The notes under the pieces: model-generated
What the model was told of the DNA's origin: nothing
Seen by the model: only the letters and a program-made list of their open reading frames with translations
Database searches by the model: none
Translations under genes and position numbers: made by a program
Shown: positions 24,678 through 33,691 of the stretch, piece by piece
Position numbering within the stretch: the stretch's first letter is position 1
Layout of the letters: each line of letters starts with the position of its first letter
Assembly (NCBI GenBank): GCA_965226165.1
Contig: CBDDCI010000002.1
Span: 656-64,655, forward strand
Reading direction: 5' to 3'
Source: Mycoplasmatales bacterium
GTDB lineage: Bacteria > Bacillota_I > Bacilli_A > CBDATW01
Length of the DNA stretch: 64,000 nucleotides

Positions 24678-24983
24678 TTAGAAAAAATAATGTTCTTTAT
24701 TTACAGTTTCGTCACATAATAGACAATCAAATTTTTCACATTCATTACAAAATTTTAAATAAGAAGTATTATGTTTTTCACAAAATGAATATCCTTTTCT
24801 AATATTCACCATTTTATCTAATCTATGTTCATTACAATATAGAATTTCTTTTTTTCCTGAATAGTTATAAGAAGATAATTTCTTACAATTATTTATAATA
24901 CAATATTTTTTATATTTTAAAATTTCCCCCTCTGGGGTCATATAAAAATATTCATTCAATTTTGTTATTTTCTTACTACCCAT
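24678..24983 (-). CDS. N-terminal Cys-rich (zinc-finger) domain of the polymerase gene. It is frameshifted relative to the downstream part.
   Basis: YCIINNC...YCNEHRL...FCEKH...CNECEKFDCLLCDETVNKEHYF matches the N-terminus of copy 3 45463-46170, where it is fused in frame. Confidence 0.5.
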   Translation of the reverse strand: MGSKKITKLNEYFYMTPEGEILKYKKYCIINNCKKLSSYNYSGKKEILYCNEHRLDKMVNIRKGYSFCEKHNTSYLKFCNECEKFDCLLCDETVNKEHYFF

Positions 24984-25069
24984 ATATAATAACTATATAT
25001 AAATATTCATATGGATTTTTAAAAATTACAGATTTTTTCATCTTGATGATTAGAACAATAATTATATTT

Positions 25070-25498
25070 TTAAATAATAAGGGTTAAATTCTGATAGTTA
25101 TTTAAAATTCTATCATTACAATAATCTTTAATAAATTTTGCATAACAATAAATATTATTTTTAATTAGTATTTTATCTACAATTGATTTATAAGTTTCAT
25201 TTTCATTTAAAATAAAATTATTCTTTTTTAATAAAAACATTATATATTCTCTGTTGTCATATACATGTTTTTTAAATATTAATTTTTTAGATTTAGTTAA
25301 TATATATTTTCTTTTTAATAAATAATACATATTTATATTATATTTTTTAAAAATATTATCAATATTAAATTTTTGAATATCTCTGTCTAAATAATAAATA
25401 TCAAATATTTTTATTAATACATTTTTAATGATATCATCAGATTCTTCATTGTTATCATTTTTTAATATGTTTTTTAATATGTCTATGTAAGTATCCAT
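25070..25498 (-). CDS. Hypothetical protein, 142 aa. It is a positional and weak sequence counterpart of copy 3 44039-44503.
   Basis: ORF with an ATG, lying between the pPolB and integrase genes and divergent from the integrase. Weak similarity in the KKYNINMYYLLKRKYIL region. Confidence 0.35.
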   Translation of the reverse strand: MDTYIDILKNILKNDNNEESDDIIKNVLIKIFDIYYLDRDIQKFNIDNIFKKYNINMYYLLKRKYILTKSKKLIFKKHVYDNREYIMFLLKKNNFILNENETYKSIVDKILIKNNIYCYAKFIKDYCNDRILNNYQNLTLII

Positions 25499-25593
25499 AT
25501 ATTTGTATTTATATTTTATACATATATAAATTTTATATTTTTAATCTAAATAAAATATATAGAATTGGTAAATATTTTTATATAATATATAAA

Positions 25594-26913
25594 ATGACAA
25601 TTGACATACATAAAGTGATAACTGGGAATCCTATAACAAAAAATTTAATGAAACCATGGGGTAGTAATAAAGAAAAAACAATTTTTAATAAATATACAGG
25701 TCCTGGGAACGATTTAAAAAAACAACTTGATTTTAATTCATATACAGGAGAAATTTATAAAATTCATGATCAACCTTCTTCTTCAAATGATAGATGTTCT
25801 ATGTTGCATGATGTTGCATATACAGTAGCTCAAAATATTGGAAAAAATAATAAAGATATTAAAAGATTAAAACATATAGCTGATGATAAATGGTTGAAAT
25901 GTTTTAAATCAAGGTCTCCCTGGGATATAGCAGCTTATTCGAGTATTAAATCTAAAAAAGTATTGGGACTAGGTAATAATTTTACAATAGAAGACCTTAG
26001 TCAAGAATTAAACAAACCTGTTATTAATAAATTTGAAAGGAAAAAAGTTATTGTGAATCATATAGATGAAATTCATTCTTGTGATTTAGTTGATATGGTA
26101 AAATATTCTAAAATGAACAAGGGATATAAATATATTTTTACAAATATTGATATTTTTTCAAAATATGCATGGAGTTTTCCTATTAAATCTAAAAATATTA
26201 AAGACATTAAACCATGTTTTGAAAAAATATTTAAAGAACGAAAACCTAAATATATTTGGTCAGATCAAGAATCAGCTTTTTTCTCTAATGAAATGTTAAA
26301 ATTTTTTGAAGATCATAACATAAAGATTTATCATACTTATTCAAATCTAAAAGCGGTTGCTATAGAACGATTTAATAGATCACTAAGAGAGTTAATGATG
26401 AAAGAATTTGTTAAAAATAATAATACAGTTTGGTATAATATTTTACCTGAACTAATAAAAAAATATAATAATAGATATCATAATACTATAAAAATGAAAC
26501 CAATTGATGTTAATAAAACAAATGAAAAATATATAAAAAATACTATATACAATTATAATATGACAAATAAAAAACCAAAATATAAAATTAATGATTTAGT
26601 TCGTATCAGTTTAAAAAGAAGAGAATTATTTGACAAACCTACTGGTAATATTAAATGGTCAGAAGAATTATTTAGAATTTATAAAATAAATAAATCGAAT
26701 GTTATAACATATCAATTAAAAGACATGAATGATGAAATTATTAAAGGCATTTTTTATGAAAAGGAACTACAATTAACAAAAAATATCACAGGGGAATATA
26801 TAATAGAAAAAATATTGAAGACTAATAAAAATAAAATACATGTAAAATGGAGAGGATACAATTCATCCTTTAATAGTTGGATCAATAAAAACAGTGTAAC
26901 AAAATATATATAA
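25594..26913 (+). CDS. Retroviral-type (rve, DDE) integrase with a C-terminal chromodomain.
   Basis: HSCDLVDM...GYKYIFTNIDIFSKYAWSFPIKSK (D, D), YHTYSNLKAVAIERFNRSLRE (E), chromodomain EYIIEKILKTNKNKIHVKWRGYNSSFNSW. Intact 439-aa ORF. Confidence 0.9.
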   Translation: MTIDIHKVITGNPITKNLMKPWGSNKEKTIFNKYTGPGNDLKKQLDFNSYTGEIYKIHDQPSSSNDRCSMLHDVAYTVAQNIGKNNKDIKRLKHIADDKWLKCFKSRSPWDIAAYSSIKSKKVLGLGNNFTIEDLSQELNKPVINKFERKKVIVNHIDEIHSCDLVDMVKYSKMNKGYKYIFTNIDIFSKYAWSFPIKSKNIKDIKPCFEKIFKERKPKYIWSDQESAFFSNEMLKFFEDHNIKIYHTYSNLKAVAIERFNRSLRELMMKEFVKNNNTVWYNILPELIKKYNNRYHNTIKMKPIDVNKTNEKYIKNTIYNYNMTNKKPKYKINDLVRISLKRRELFDKPTGNIKWSEELFRIYKINKSNVITYQLKDMNDEIIKGIFYEKELQLTKNITGEYIIEKILKTNKNKIHVKWRGYNSSFNSWINKNSVTKYI

Positions 26914-27046
26914 AAAATGACACAATTTATAAAAATGTATGTCACAGTTTTTATAGAGTTTTAAGTATAAAAATGACACAATTTATAAAAATGTATGTCA
27001 CAGTTTTATTAAATGAATTTCACAAAAAAATATATTATAATTATAT
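26914..27046 (+). promoter_or_regulatory. Intergenic direct repeats (2 x 38 bp) with TGACAC/GTCACA half-sites downstream of the integrase.
   Basis: AAAATGACACAATTTATAAAAATGTATGTCACAGTTTT occurs twice. Analogous GTGTCAT / ATGTCAT arrays follow the integrase in copy 1 (7040-7200) and copy 3 (38344-38698). Confidence 0.45.
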
Positions 27047-28141
27047 ATGACTACTTTTAAGGAAATAGACATTAATGAATATAAAAAATTATTAGATAAT
27101 ATGCAACACACATATGCAAAAACTTTTAATAATATTGAATTATTACATAATTTTGAAGAAAATATAAATGATAAAAATATTGGAACTGTTATTAAAGATA
27201 AAGAGTCATTAGAAAAAGAAGATAAATATATTGATAAATTAAGTGATAAATTATCAGAAAAAATTACAAATTCTAATAATAATAATAATAATATTATACA
27301 AGATAAGAAAAAATATGTTTTTTTAAACACACATGATTATTACAGTAAAAATCCAAAAGATATTTTAAACTATATTAAAAAAATATATATAAAATCAAAC
27401 ATTGGTTATGATAAAATATATAAACCAAGACCTAAAACTGTTAATGTAAGTCTTGGTAATATTATTAAAAAAATAGAAAATGATGATAAAATATCTAATG
27501 AACTCAAAGATGATTTTATTGATGCTTATAATAACATACCAAATAAGACAAGTATTCAATTTCATAATAAATATTATAGAGAATATGTTATGGAACCTAT
27601 TGAAAGGTATTATATCGAAAAAAATATCGATGCAGATGATGAAATATCTATTATAAGAGATGATGATCTATCAATTGTTCCCAGTAGTGATAAAGAAGAT
27701 AAATCTTTAAAAGATAAATTAAAATCAAATATTGAAAAAACTGTTGTTAATACTTTAACAGGACAGGGATTACATTTTAATAAAATTAAGATAGATGAAA
27801 ACCTCTTGAAAAAAAATATTTTAAAAGTTAGATATATTAATTCGAACAGAAAAATCAATAATAAATTTTTAAAAGAAGATTATAAAATTTCTAATAACAT
27901 GAAGAATAGTATATTAAAAAATACTGGTTTAAATAAATTAACTAAAAACGAATATAATGTCTATAATACATTACAAAAATATAGGAAAAATGATGATAAT
28001 TTACAATTACTAACATCATCATACTTAGCAGGGAATAAAAATAAAGATCTTTATAGCAAAATAAATGAACTGTTATATAAGAATTATAAAAATAATATCA
28101 TTAATAAAAAACAATATCAGAATATTATAAATAAGTCATAA
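27047..28141 (+). CDS. Lys/Asn-rich conserved Polinton protein, 364 aa, function unknown.
   Basis: The conserved C-terminal block ILKVRYINSNRKINNKFLKEDYKISNNMKN...SSYLAGNKNKDLYSKINELLYKNYKNNIINKKQYQNIINK is shared with copy 1 and copy 3 (38699-39646). Confidence 0.5.
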   Translation: MTTFKEIDINEYKKLLDNMQHTYAKTFNNIELLHNFEENINDKNIGTVIKDKESLEKEDKYIDKLSDKLSEKITNSNNNNNNIIQDKKKYVFLNTHDYYSKNPKDILNYIKKIYIKSNIGYDKIYKPRPKTVNVSLGNIIKKIENDDKISNELKDDFIDAYNNIPNKTSIQFHNKYYREYVMEPIERYYIEKNIDADDEISIIRDDDLSIVPSSDKEDKSLKDKLKSNIEKTVVNTLTGQGLHFNKIKIDENLLKKNILKVRYINSNRKINNKFLKEDYKISNNMKNSILKNTGLNKLTKNEYNVYNTLQKYRKNDDNLQLLTSSYLAGNKNKDLYSKINELLYKNYKNNIINKKQYQNIINKS

Positions 28142-28155
28142 TTATATTATATATA

Positions 28156-28848
28156 ATGACTGAACTAATTCTTAATTCAAACGAACATAAAGTTGATGTA
28201 AATAAATTAAGATATGAATTCAAATCACCTATTAGATTTGATAATTCTTTTGTATCATTAACACAATTTGTCTTTCATAATTTTTTTCATAATGTAAAAC
28301 AAAATTATGAAATGAAAGTGAGGAAAGATAGTACTTTTTATAATATTAGTTTTATAGATTCAATGCTAGAAATTGAAGATATCAATAAAATTATTAATGA
28401 TGAGTTGATAAGACACGAGTTATCAACTGAAGATGATCCTCCTATAATTAATATTATAGGAGATGTAAATACATTTAAAATAATTATTTTAGTTGAAAGA
28501 GGATATGAATTACATTTAGATAATAATTTTGCTAAAATGTTAGGATTTAGTTATAAAATTTTAAAAAAAGATTTGCAAAGAAGTGATTTAATTCCTCAAA
28601 TTAATCGTATTAATTATCTTAAAATTTATTCTAATATTATTGATAATGAAAATAATCCTTATTATCTTAGTTATGTCTTTATCAAGTCAAATGTTTCTGA
28701 ATTAAGTGTTTATAATGAAAATAATATATATAAAAAACAAAAAATAATTAATGATATTTTTGATTATATAGAAATTGAAATTTTTGATGAAGAAAATGAA
28801 AAAATAGAAATGACTGATTACTTTTCAGTTAGTTTATATATTCATTAA
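28156..28848 (+). CDS. Conserved 230-aa protein, a candidate minor capsid (penton) protein.
   Basis: Homologs at 5343-6035 and 39653-40342. TATATATAATG start context. Confidence 0.55.
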   Translation: MTELILNSNEHKVDVNKLRYEFKSPIRFDNSFVSLTQFVFHNFFHNVKQNYEMKVRKDSTFYNISFIDSMLEIEDINKIINDELIRHELSTEDDPPIINIIGDVNTFKIIILVERGYELHLDNNFAKMLGFSYKILKKDLQRSDLIPQINRINYLKIYSNIIDNENNPYYLSYVFIKSNVSELSVYNENNIYKKQKIINDIFDYIEIEIFDEENEKIEMTDYFSVSLYIH

Positions 28849-28857
28849 TTATATATA

Positions 28858-29235
28858 ATGCCTTTACAAAAATTATCAGAAATAGAAGAAAAATTAGGAA
28901 AAGATTATATTGATATTAAAAAAAGATATATTAAATTAAAAAGATGTAAATATGCTCTTTTAATTTTAAAAACAAGTTTATTATCATTATCTATAGGTTT
29001 ATCTTTTTTAAATCCTATATTAATAATAGTATCATCAATCGTTCCTATTATAGATAGTATTATGTTAATAACAAATAAAGATAAAGAAGTCTCTCATTTG
29101 AAATTACAAAAAGATATTATTAACCAAATTATTAAAGAAATTGAAATTAAAAGATATACTTTTGAAAATGATGAAGAAGTTAAAAAATATATTTTAGAAG
29201 TATATGGAAAAATAGAAACATTTTTAGATATATAA
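28858..29235 (+). CDS. Small transmembrane protein, 125 aa.
   Basis: Hydrophobic core LLSLSIGLSFLNPILIIVSSIVPIIDSIMLI. Its position is conserved upstream of the ATPase. Confidence 0.5.
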   Translation: MPLQKLSEIEEKLGKDYIDIKKRYIKLKRCKYALLILKTSLLSLSIGLSFLNPILIIVSSIVPIIDSIMLITNKDKEVSHLKLQKDIINQIIKEIEIKRYTFENDEEVKKYILEVYGKIETFLDI

Positions 29236-29244
29236 TAATATATA

Positions 29245-29883
29245 ATGAAGTTCATAAATTTTGATAATATAGTTAATAAAAATAATGAAAATAATTATAT
29301 TAATAAAAATGTTTTTGTACCTCAACATGTTTCAAATACAATTATTATAGGTCAATCAGGCTGTTCAAAGACAAACCTATTATTCAATATATTAACATTA
29401 AATCCAGTTTTTCAAAAAATATTTATTTTTACTAAAGAACCAGAAGCAAAATATAATTTTCTTATAAAAAAATTTCCTCAAGATATAAAAATTTTTTATC
29501 AAAATGATGAATGTGATTTAGATAAATTAATTAAAGGAGATTTGCAAACCTGTTGTATCTTTGATGATCAACTAACAGATAATAAAAAAATTACTGATTG
29601 GTTCATACGTTCAAGAAAGAAAAATTGTTCTAATTTCTTTTTAGCACATTCATATTTCAAAATGAGTAAAACATTAAGATTGAACGTTAATTATATTATT
29701 TTATTTAAAATTCCTAAAAATCAATTAACTCACATATATAATGATCAACCAATTAATATTGATAGAGAATTATTTTATAAAATCATTTCAGAATTAAATA
29801 GATATGAAAATATTATTATAGATTTAAAAACTCCTATTGATAAATTTCAAATTAGAAAAAATCTGAATGAAATATTATGTTAA
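29245..29883 (+). CDS. FtsK/HerA-superfamily (A32-like) DNA packaging ATPase.
   Basis: Walker A IIIGQSGCSKTN, Walker B-like CCIFDDQ. 212 aa. Confidence 0.85.
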   Translation: MKFINFDNIVNKNNENNYINKNVFVPQHVSNTIIIGQSGCSKTNLLFNILTLNPVFQKIFIFTKEPEAKYNFLIKKFPQDIKIFYQNDECDLDKLIKGDLQTCCIFDDQLTDNKKITDWFIRSRKKNCSNFFLAHSYFKMSKTLRLNVNYIILFKIPKNQLTHIYNDQPINIDRELFYKIISELNRYENIIIDLKTPIDKFQIRKNLNEILC

Positions 29884-29896
29884 TATATAATATATA

Positions 29897-30061
29897 ATGA
29901 TAGTTAACGGTGTTATTGTTTCAAAGGATAAAAATAAATATCAAATAGGAGAAGGACTTAAATTAGTTAAATAAGGATCTGGATTAACAAATACAAAGGG
30001 ATCTGGAATATCAAATGTTAAAAAACTTGTAAAAGGAAATGGACTAAAAATCTTACAATAA
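29897..30061 (+). pseudogene. Small Lys/Gly-rich basic protein gene with an in-frame TAA after codon 25.
   Basis: MIVNGVIVSKDKNKYQIGEGLKLVK*GSGLTNTKGSGISNVKKLVKGNGLKILQ* is in one frame. It is homologous to the intact copy 1 (4136-4339) and copy 3 (41369-41518) versions. Confidence 0.45.
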
Positions 30062-30088
30062 AAAAATAATATTTTATTATAATATATA

Positions 30089-31285
30089 ATGACTAGTGAA
30101 CTGAACCATATCATAAATTTAATAAAATCAAAAAATGAAAAAGTAGAAAACATATGTTATAAAGAAGTACATAAAATTAAATTAGAAAAAAGAGATGGAA
30201 ATAATCCCATCGTTTTTAATACTAAAAGTATTTTAAGTAACTTAATTGATTATAGCAATGCTTACATCGAATTTCAATTTAACATTAAATTTGCAACGGC
30301 TGATGCTTGTACAAAAGCAAATTTAACTCTTAAAAACTCATATGAAATGATTTTGGAATTGAAAATTGAATTAAACAATAGAATCATTTCAAATGAATCT
30401 AATGTTAATTATAGTCATATTATAAATCATCTATTAGAAAATAGTAAAAATGATGATTTAATTTATAGGAATATTGATATTCATACCGATGTTGTCAAAT
30501 ATAACGATACTAAAAAGGATGTTTTTTTAACAAAAAATGGTGATACTATGAGAGTTACTTGCAATGTCTTTTTAAAAGATATTAGTAACTTTTTCAAAAA
30601 TTTACATATGCCCCTAAAATTTTCAGAATTTAATATAACACTTAGATTAGTCGATTCTATCTATGTTACAGATCAACCTGATACAACTCAAACATTAGTA
30701 AGTGCTAATTTATATGTTGATCAAGTAGATTTACATGAAATGGAAGAAATTCAATTTGTTAAAAATTATAATAATTTTGATGTTAATATTCCATTTTTAG
30801 AAAATTTTGTTATTAGAGATTCTCAAAACATAACAGATAATGAGTTTAATGTAGGAGCAAATAATTGTACAAACACAAACGATATGTTTTTAATGTTAGT
30901 TAAAGATGATGTTGTTACAAATAATACTCATACAAATTCTCTTCGTTTACCTAATAAAAGAGCTAAAAATCTTCAATTATATATAGGGAATCAACTATTT
31001 CAAACAGGAATTAAAAGCGATCTAGAAGCTTATTTAGAATTAAAAAAGAGAAGTGAATTCTTTGATGAATTTATCATAGATTACAATAGATTTTTAAATA
31101 ATTATACTATTTATGCTTTTCCAATAAATAGATATAGTAAAAAAGATAAATCGACAAAATATATTAATATAACAGGTGTTGGTATTGATGAAAATGCTTC
31201 AAAAGGTATTTTAGTATGGAGACAAATGTCAAATATTAATCTTAAAATAAATAATAATTCATTAGAAATAAGAAAAACATATTAA
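30089..31285 (+). CDS. Putative major capsid protein (double jelly-roll candidate), 398 aa.
   Basis: Largest conserved structural ORF. Its position between the small basic protein and the pre-protease/protease genes is conserved in all three copies (2929-4107, 41544-42788). No sequence-level proof of a jelly-roll fold. Confidence 0.5.
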   Translation: MTSELNHIINLIKSKNEKVENICYKEVHKIKLEKRDGNNPIVFNTKSILSNLIDYSNAYIEFQFNIKFATADACTKANLTLKNSYEMILELKIELNNRIISNESNVNYSHIINHLLENSKNDDLIYRNIDIHTDVVKYNDTKKDVFLTKNGDTMRVTCNVFLKDISNFFKNLHMPLKFSEFNITLRLVDSIYVTDQPDTTQTLVSANLYVDQVDLHEMEEIQFVKNYNNFDVNIPFLENFVIRDSQNITDNEFNVGANNCTNTNDMFLMLVKDDVVTNNTHTNSLRLPNKRAKNLQLYIGNQLFQTGIKSDLEAYLELKKRSEFFDEFIIDYNRFLNNYTIYAFPINRYSKKDKSTKYINITGVGIDENASKGILVWRQMSNINLKINNNSLEIRKTY

Positions 31286-31300
31286 ATAATTATATAATAC

Positions 31301-31888
31301 ATGGAAGTTAGTTATAAGTTTTCGCCTAAAGAAATACAAAAATTATCTAAGTTTAAAAATCCTTCTATAATTTTAAGAAAAGAGAATATTGTAAAAAATG
31401 GAAAATATAAGGTTCATCTTACTAAAAACATGTTTAATAAATTACTTGAACATAAACAATTGAAATATGTTTTTACTGATAAAAGAAAGGAAAACTATAT
31501 TAGAGAGGGAGGATCATTGGATTCAATTTTTAAAAGTTTATCTCCTCATTTAATTAAATTTGGGAAGAAGCTTTTGCCATCTCTTGGAGTTACTGGAATA
31601 ACAACAACCACTTCTCATCTGATAAATAAATCTTTAAACAAAAAGAAGAAAAAAGGAGGTGATTTAAAAATAGTTTTATCACAATCAGATGTAAATAAAA
31701 TTAATAATGTTTTGAGAAAATTATCAAACATGAAATTAACTAATCACAAATCCATTTCAGAACAAAACGGATCAGGAATTTTTACTCGCTTATTATTGCT
31801 TTTAATTGGGAGTATGATACCATCATTATTAAATAAAGGATCGGGTGTTTGTTGTAATAAAAAAGATAATTTTTTTTTGAAAAAATAA
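31301..31888 (+). CDS. Pre-protease structural protein, 195 aa, with a C-terminal hydrophobic segment and KGSG motifs.
   Basis: ...EQNGSGIFTRLLLLLIGSMIPSLLNKGSGVCCNKKDNFFLKK. It ends inside a T9 run that overlaps the protease ORF. Confidence 0.5.
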   Translation: MEVSYKFSPKEIQKLSKFKNPSIILRKENIVKNGKYKVHLTKNMFNKLLEHKQLKYVFTDKRKENYIREGGSLDSIFKSLSPHLIKFGKKLLPSLGVTGITTTTSHLINKSLNKKKKKGGDLKIVLSQSDVNKINNVLRKLSNMKLTNHKSISEQNGSGIFTRLLLLLIGSMIPSLLNKGSGVCCNKKDNFFLKK

Positions 31889-31935
31889 ATAACAAAGATT
31901 TATACCCAATTTCAAATTTTAAAATTAATGAAATT

Positions 31936-32307
31936 TTGAAAAATAATGAAAATTATATAGGAACTTTTAGTAAAAATAACGTTCCTAAACTTAAAAATAA
32001 TCAATCAACAATATTTAATTTGGCTAATTCAAATGATAAGGGAAGTCATTGGATAGGAATGAAATTTATAAATAACAAATTATTTTATTTTGATTCATAT
32101 GGAATTCCATATATTCCTGATGTTATAAAAAATCAATACTCAGATGATAAAATTATAATAAATATTTATAGAATTCAAAGTAATGATTCAAATGAATGTG
32201 GGAGATTTTGTATAATGTTTATTCAATCAAATATAAAAAATGAATCAGACTATATTAAATTTTTATTACAATTTGAAAAAAATAATTTTGAAAAAAATGA
32301 TATATAA
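31936..32307 (+). CDS. Adenovirus-type (adenain/Ulp1-like) cysteine protease.
   Basis: GSHWIGMKF...FYFDSYGIP...NECGRFCIMF. The track start is TTG, not ATG. The ORF is open back to ~31890 (FFFEKINNKDLYPISNF), just after the TAA of another frame. Confidence 0.7.
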   Translation: MKNNENYIGTFSKNNVPKLKNNQSTIFNLANSNDKGSHWIGMKFINNKLFYFDSYGIPYIPDVIKNQYSDDKIIINIYRIQSNDSNECGRFCIMFIQSNIKNESDYIKFLLQFEKNNFEKNDI

Positions 32308-32313
32308 GTATAT

Positions 32314-32523
32314 ATGATGGATAGTTCTTATTGCCTTAAATGTAAACGAAAAACAAAAAATATTAATTCAAAAGGATTTGTTACAAAAAATAAAAAATAT
32401 TTAGTTAAATCTTTATGTGATATTTGTAAATCTAAAAAAAGTAAATTTGTTTCAAAACAAGATGCTTCTGGTTTTCTTTCAAATCTCTTTTCAAAAATAC
32501 CAATACTAAATAAAATTATATAG
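32314..32523 (+). CDS. Small zinc-ribbon protein, 69 aa.
   Basis: CLKCKRKTKN-x-CDICKSKKSKFVSK, conserved with 1709-1915 and 43836-44042. Confidence 0.55.
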   Translation: MMDSSYCLKCKRKTKNINSKGFVTKNKKYLVKSLCDICKSKKSKFVSKQDASGFLSNLFSKIPILNKII

Positions 32524-32529
32524 TATATA

Positions 32530-33147
32530 TTGATGTATTATTATAGAGAATCAACTAAAGATAATTATGAAGATGATATAAGAAACTTGAATATTAAAAT
32601 TGATATTGTTTATTCTTTACTAGAAAATATTACTAAAGATAGAAATGATTTATTAATATTGTTTAATTCTAGAATAAATGATAACATCCCAAATGAAAAT
32701 ATTTTTCATAATGATGTATATGTTGATTCAGATAATAGATTTAAATTAATTTTTACATGTAAATCTGAACCTAGTGATATCTATAAATATATTTTTCATA
32801 TATTTATAAAATCTGATTTTAATAATATAAATTTAAAATTTATAATTAATAATAATAAAGATTTCACTTATGATATTTATGTTAATAAATTGTATTATTT
32901 AAAAATTGAAGAAAAATTTATTTTTAATGAAATTCAGAACTTTAAAATATATTTAAAAACTGATAAATCATTAACTATAATGGGTTATAGTTCATATGAA
33001 GTATTAGTAAACTATCATTCTGTAACAATTTTAAATAATCAAGATCATATTAAACGATTAATTTATAAAAAATTGGATAAAAACAACAAACTAATTAGAG
33101 AGTTTATATTAAAAGATATTAAAAAAGATGATTTACCGATTAAATAA
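32530..33147 (+). CDS. Conserved Polinton hypothetical protein, N-terminal half. It is split from 33160-33687 by a stop, where copy 1 has a single 325-aa ORF.
   Basis: Collinear with 726-1703, conserved block LIFTCKS.PSDIYKYIFHIFIKSDFNNINLKF. The real ATG is at 32533. Confidence 0.45.
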   Translation: MMYYYRESTKDNYEDDIRNLNIKIDIVYSLLENITKDRNDLLILFNSRINDNIPNENIFHNDVYVDSDNRFKLIFTCKSEPSDIYKYIFHIFIKSDFNNINLKFIINNNKDFTYDIYVNKLYYLKIEEKFIFNEIQNFKIYLKTDKSLTIMGYSSYEVLVNYHSVTILNNQDHIKRLIYKKLDKNNKLIREFILKDIKKDDLPIK

Positions 33148-33159
33148 TTTATATTATAT

Positions 33160-33687
33160 ATGGATGAGATAGTAGAGAGAGTTGAAAATAATTTTATTAA
33201 TATTTATAAGAAATTTGATATCTTAGATAAAAAATTAAATGATTATCATATGAAATTTGATAAAATAAACGAAATGATTGATATTATTATTTCAGATGAA
33301 TATACTAAAATTTATAAAACATATTTTCCAATGAAAAATTATGATCTAGCACAAGATAGATTTTTTATATACAACGAAGTCATTGATATACCATTAAAGA
33401 CAAATACTTTTATTATTTTTGAATATGTTTTTTATAGTGAATATATTGATATTCCATTAATTATTAATTTAAAAATTGATGATGTTTTAGAAAAATATTT
33501 TAATATACATTTAAAGGAATATAATAAAATTAGGCACATATTTAAATTAGATTATAACATTACTAAAATTAATTTTTATTTATATTTGTATAGTAATGAA
33601 ATATATAATGATGAAAAAATGGAATACTTGAAAAAAATATTATTTAATAATAAAAAAATTAAATTTAATATATTTTCTTTTATATAG
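33160..33687 (+). CDS. Conserved Polinton hypothetical protein, C-terminal half.
   Basis: Matches the C-terminal half of copy 1 726-1703 (ILDKKLN.YHMKFDKINEMIDIIISDEY.KI.K.YFPMKN.DL.QD.FFIYN.VIDIP). Confidence 0.45.
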   Translation: MDEIVERVENNFINIYKKFDILDKKLNDYHMKFDKINEMIDIIISDEYTKIYKTYFPMKNYDLAQDRFFIYNEVIDIPLKTNTFIIFEYVFYSEYIDIPLIINLKIDDVLEKYFNIHLKEYNKIRHIFKLDYNITKINFYLYLYSNEIYNDEKMEYLKKILFNNKKIKFNIFSFI

Positions 33688-33691
33688 ATAT

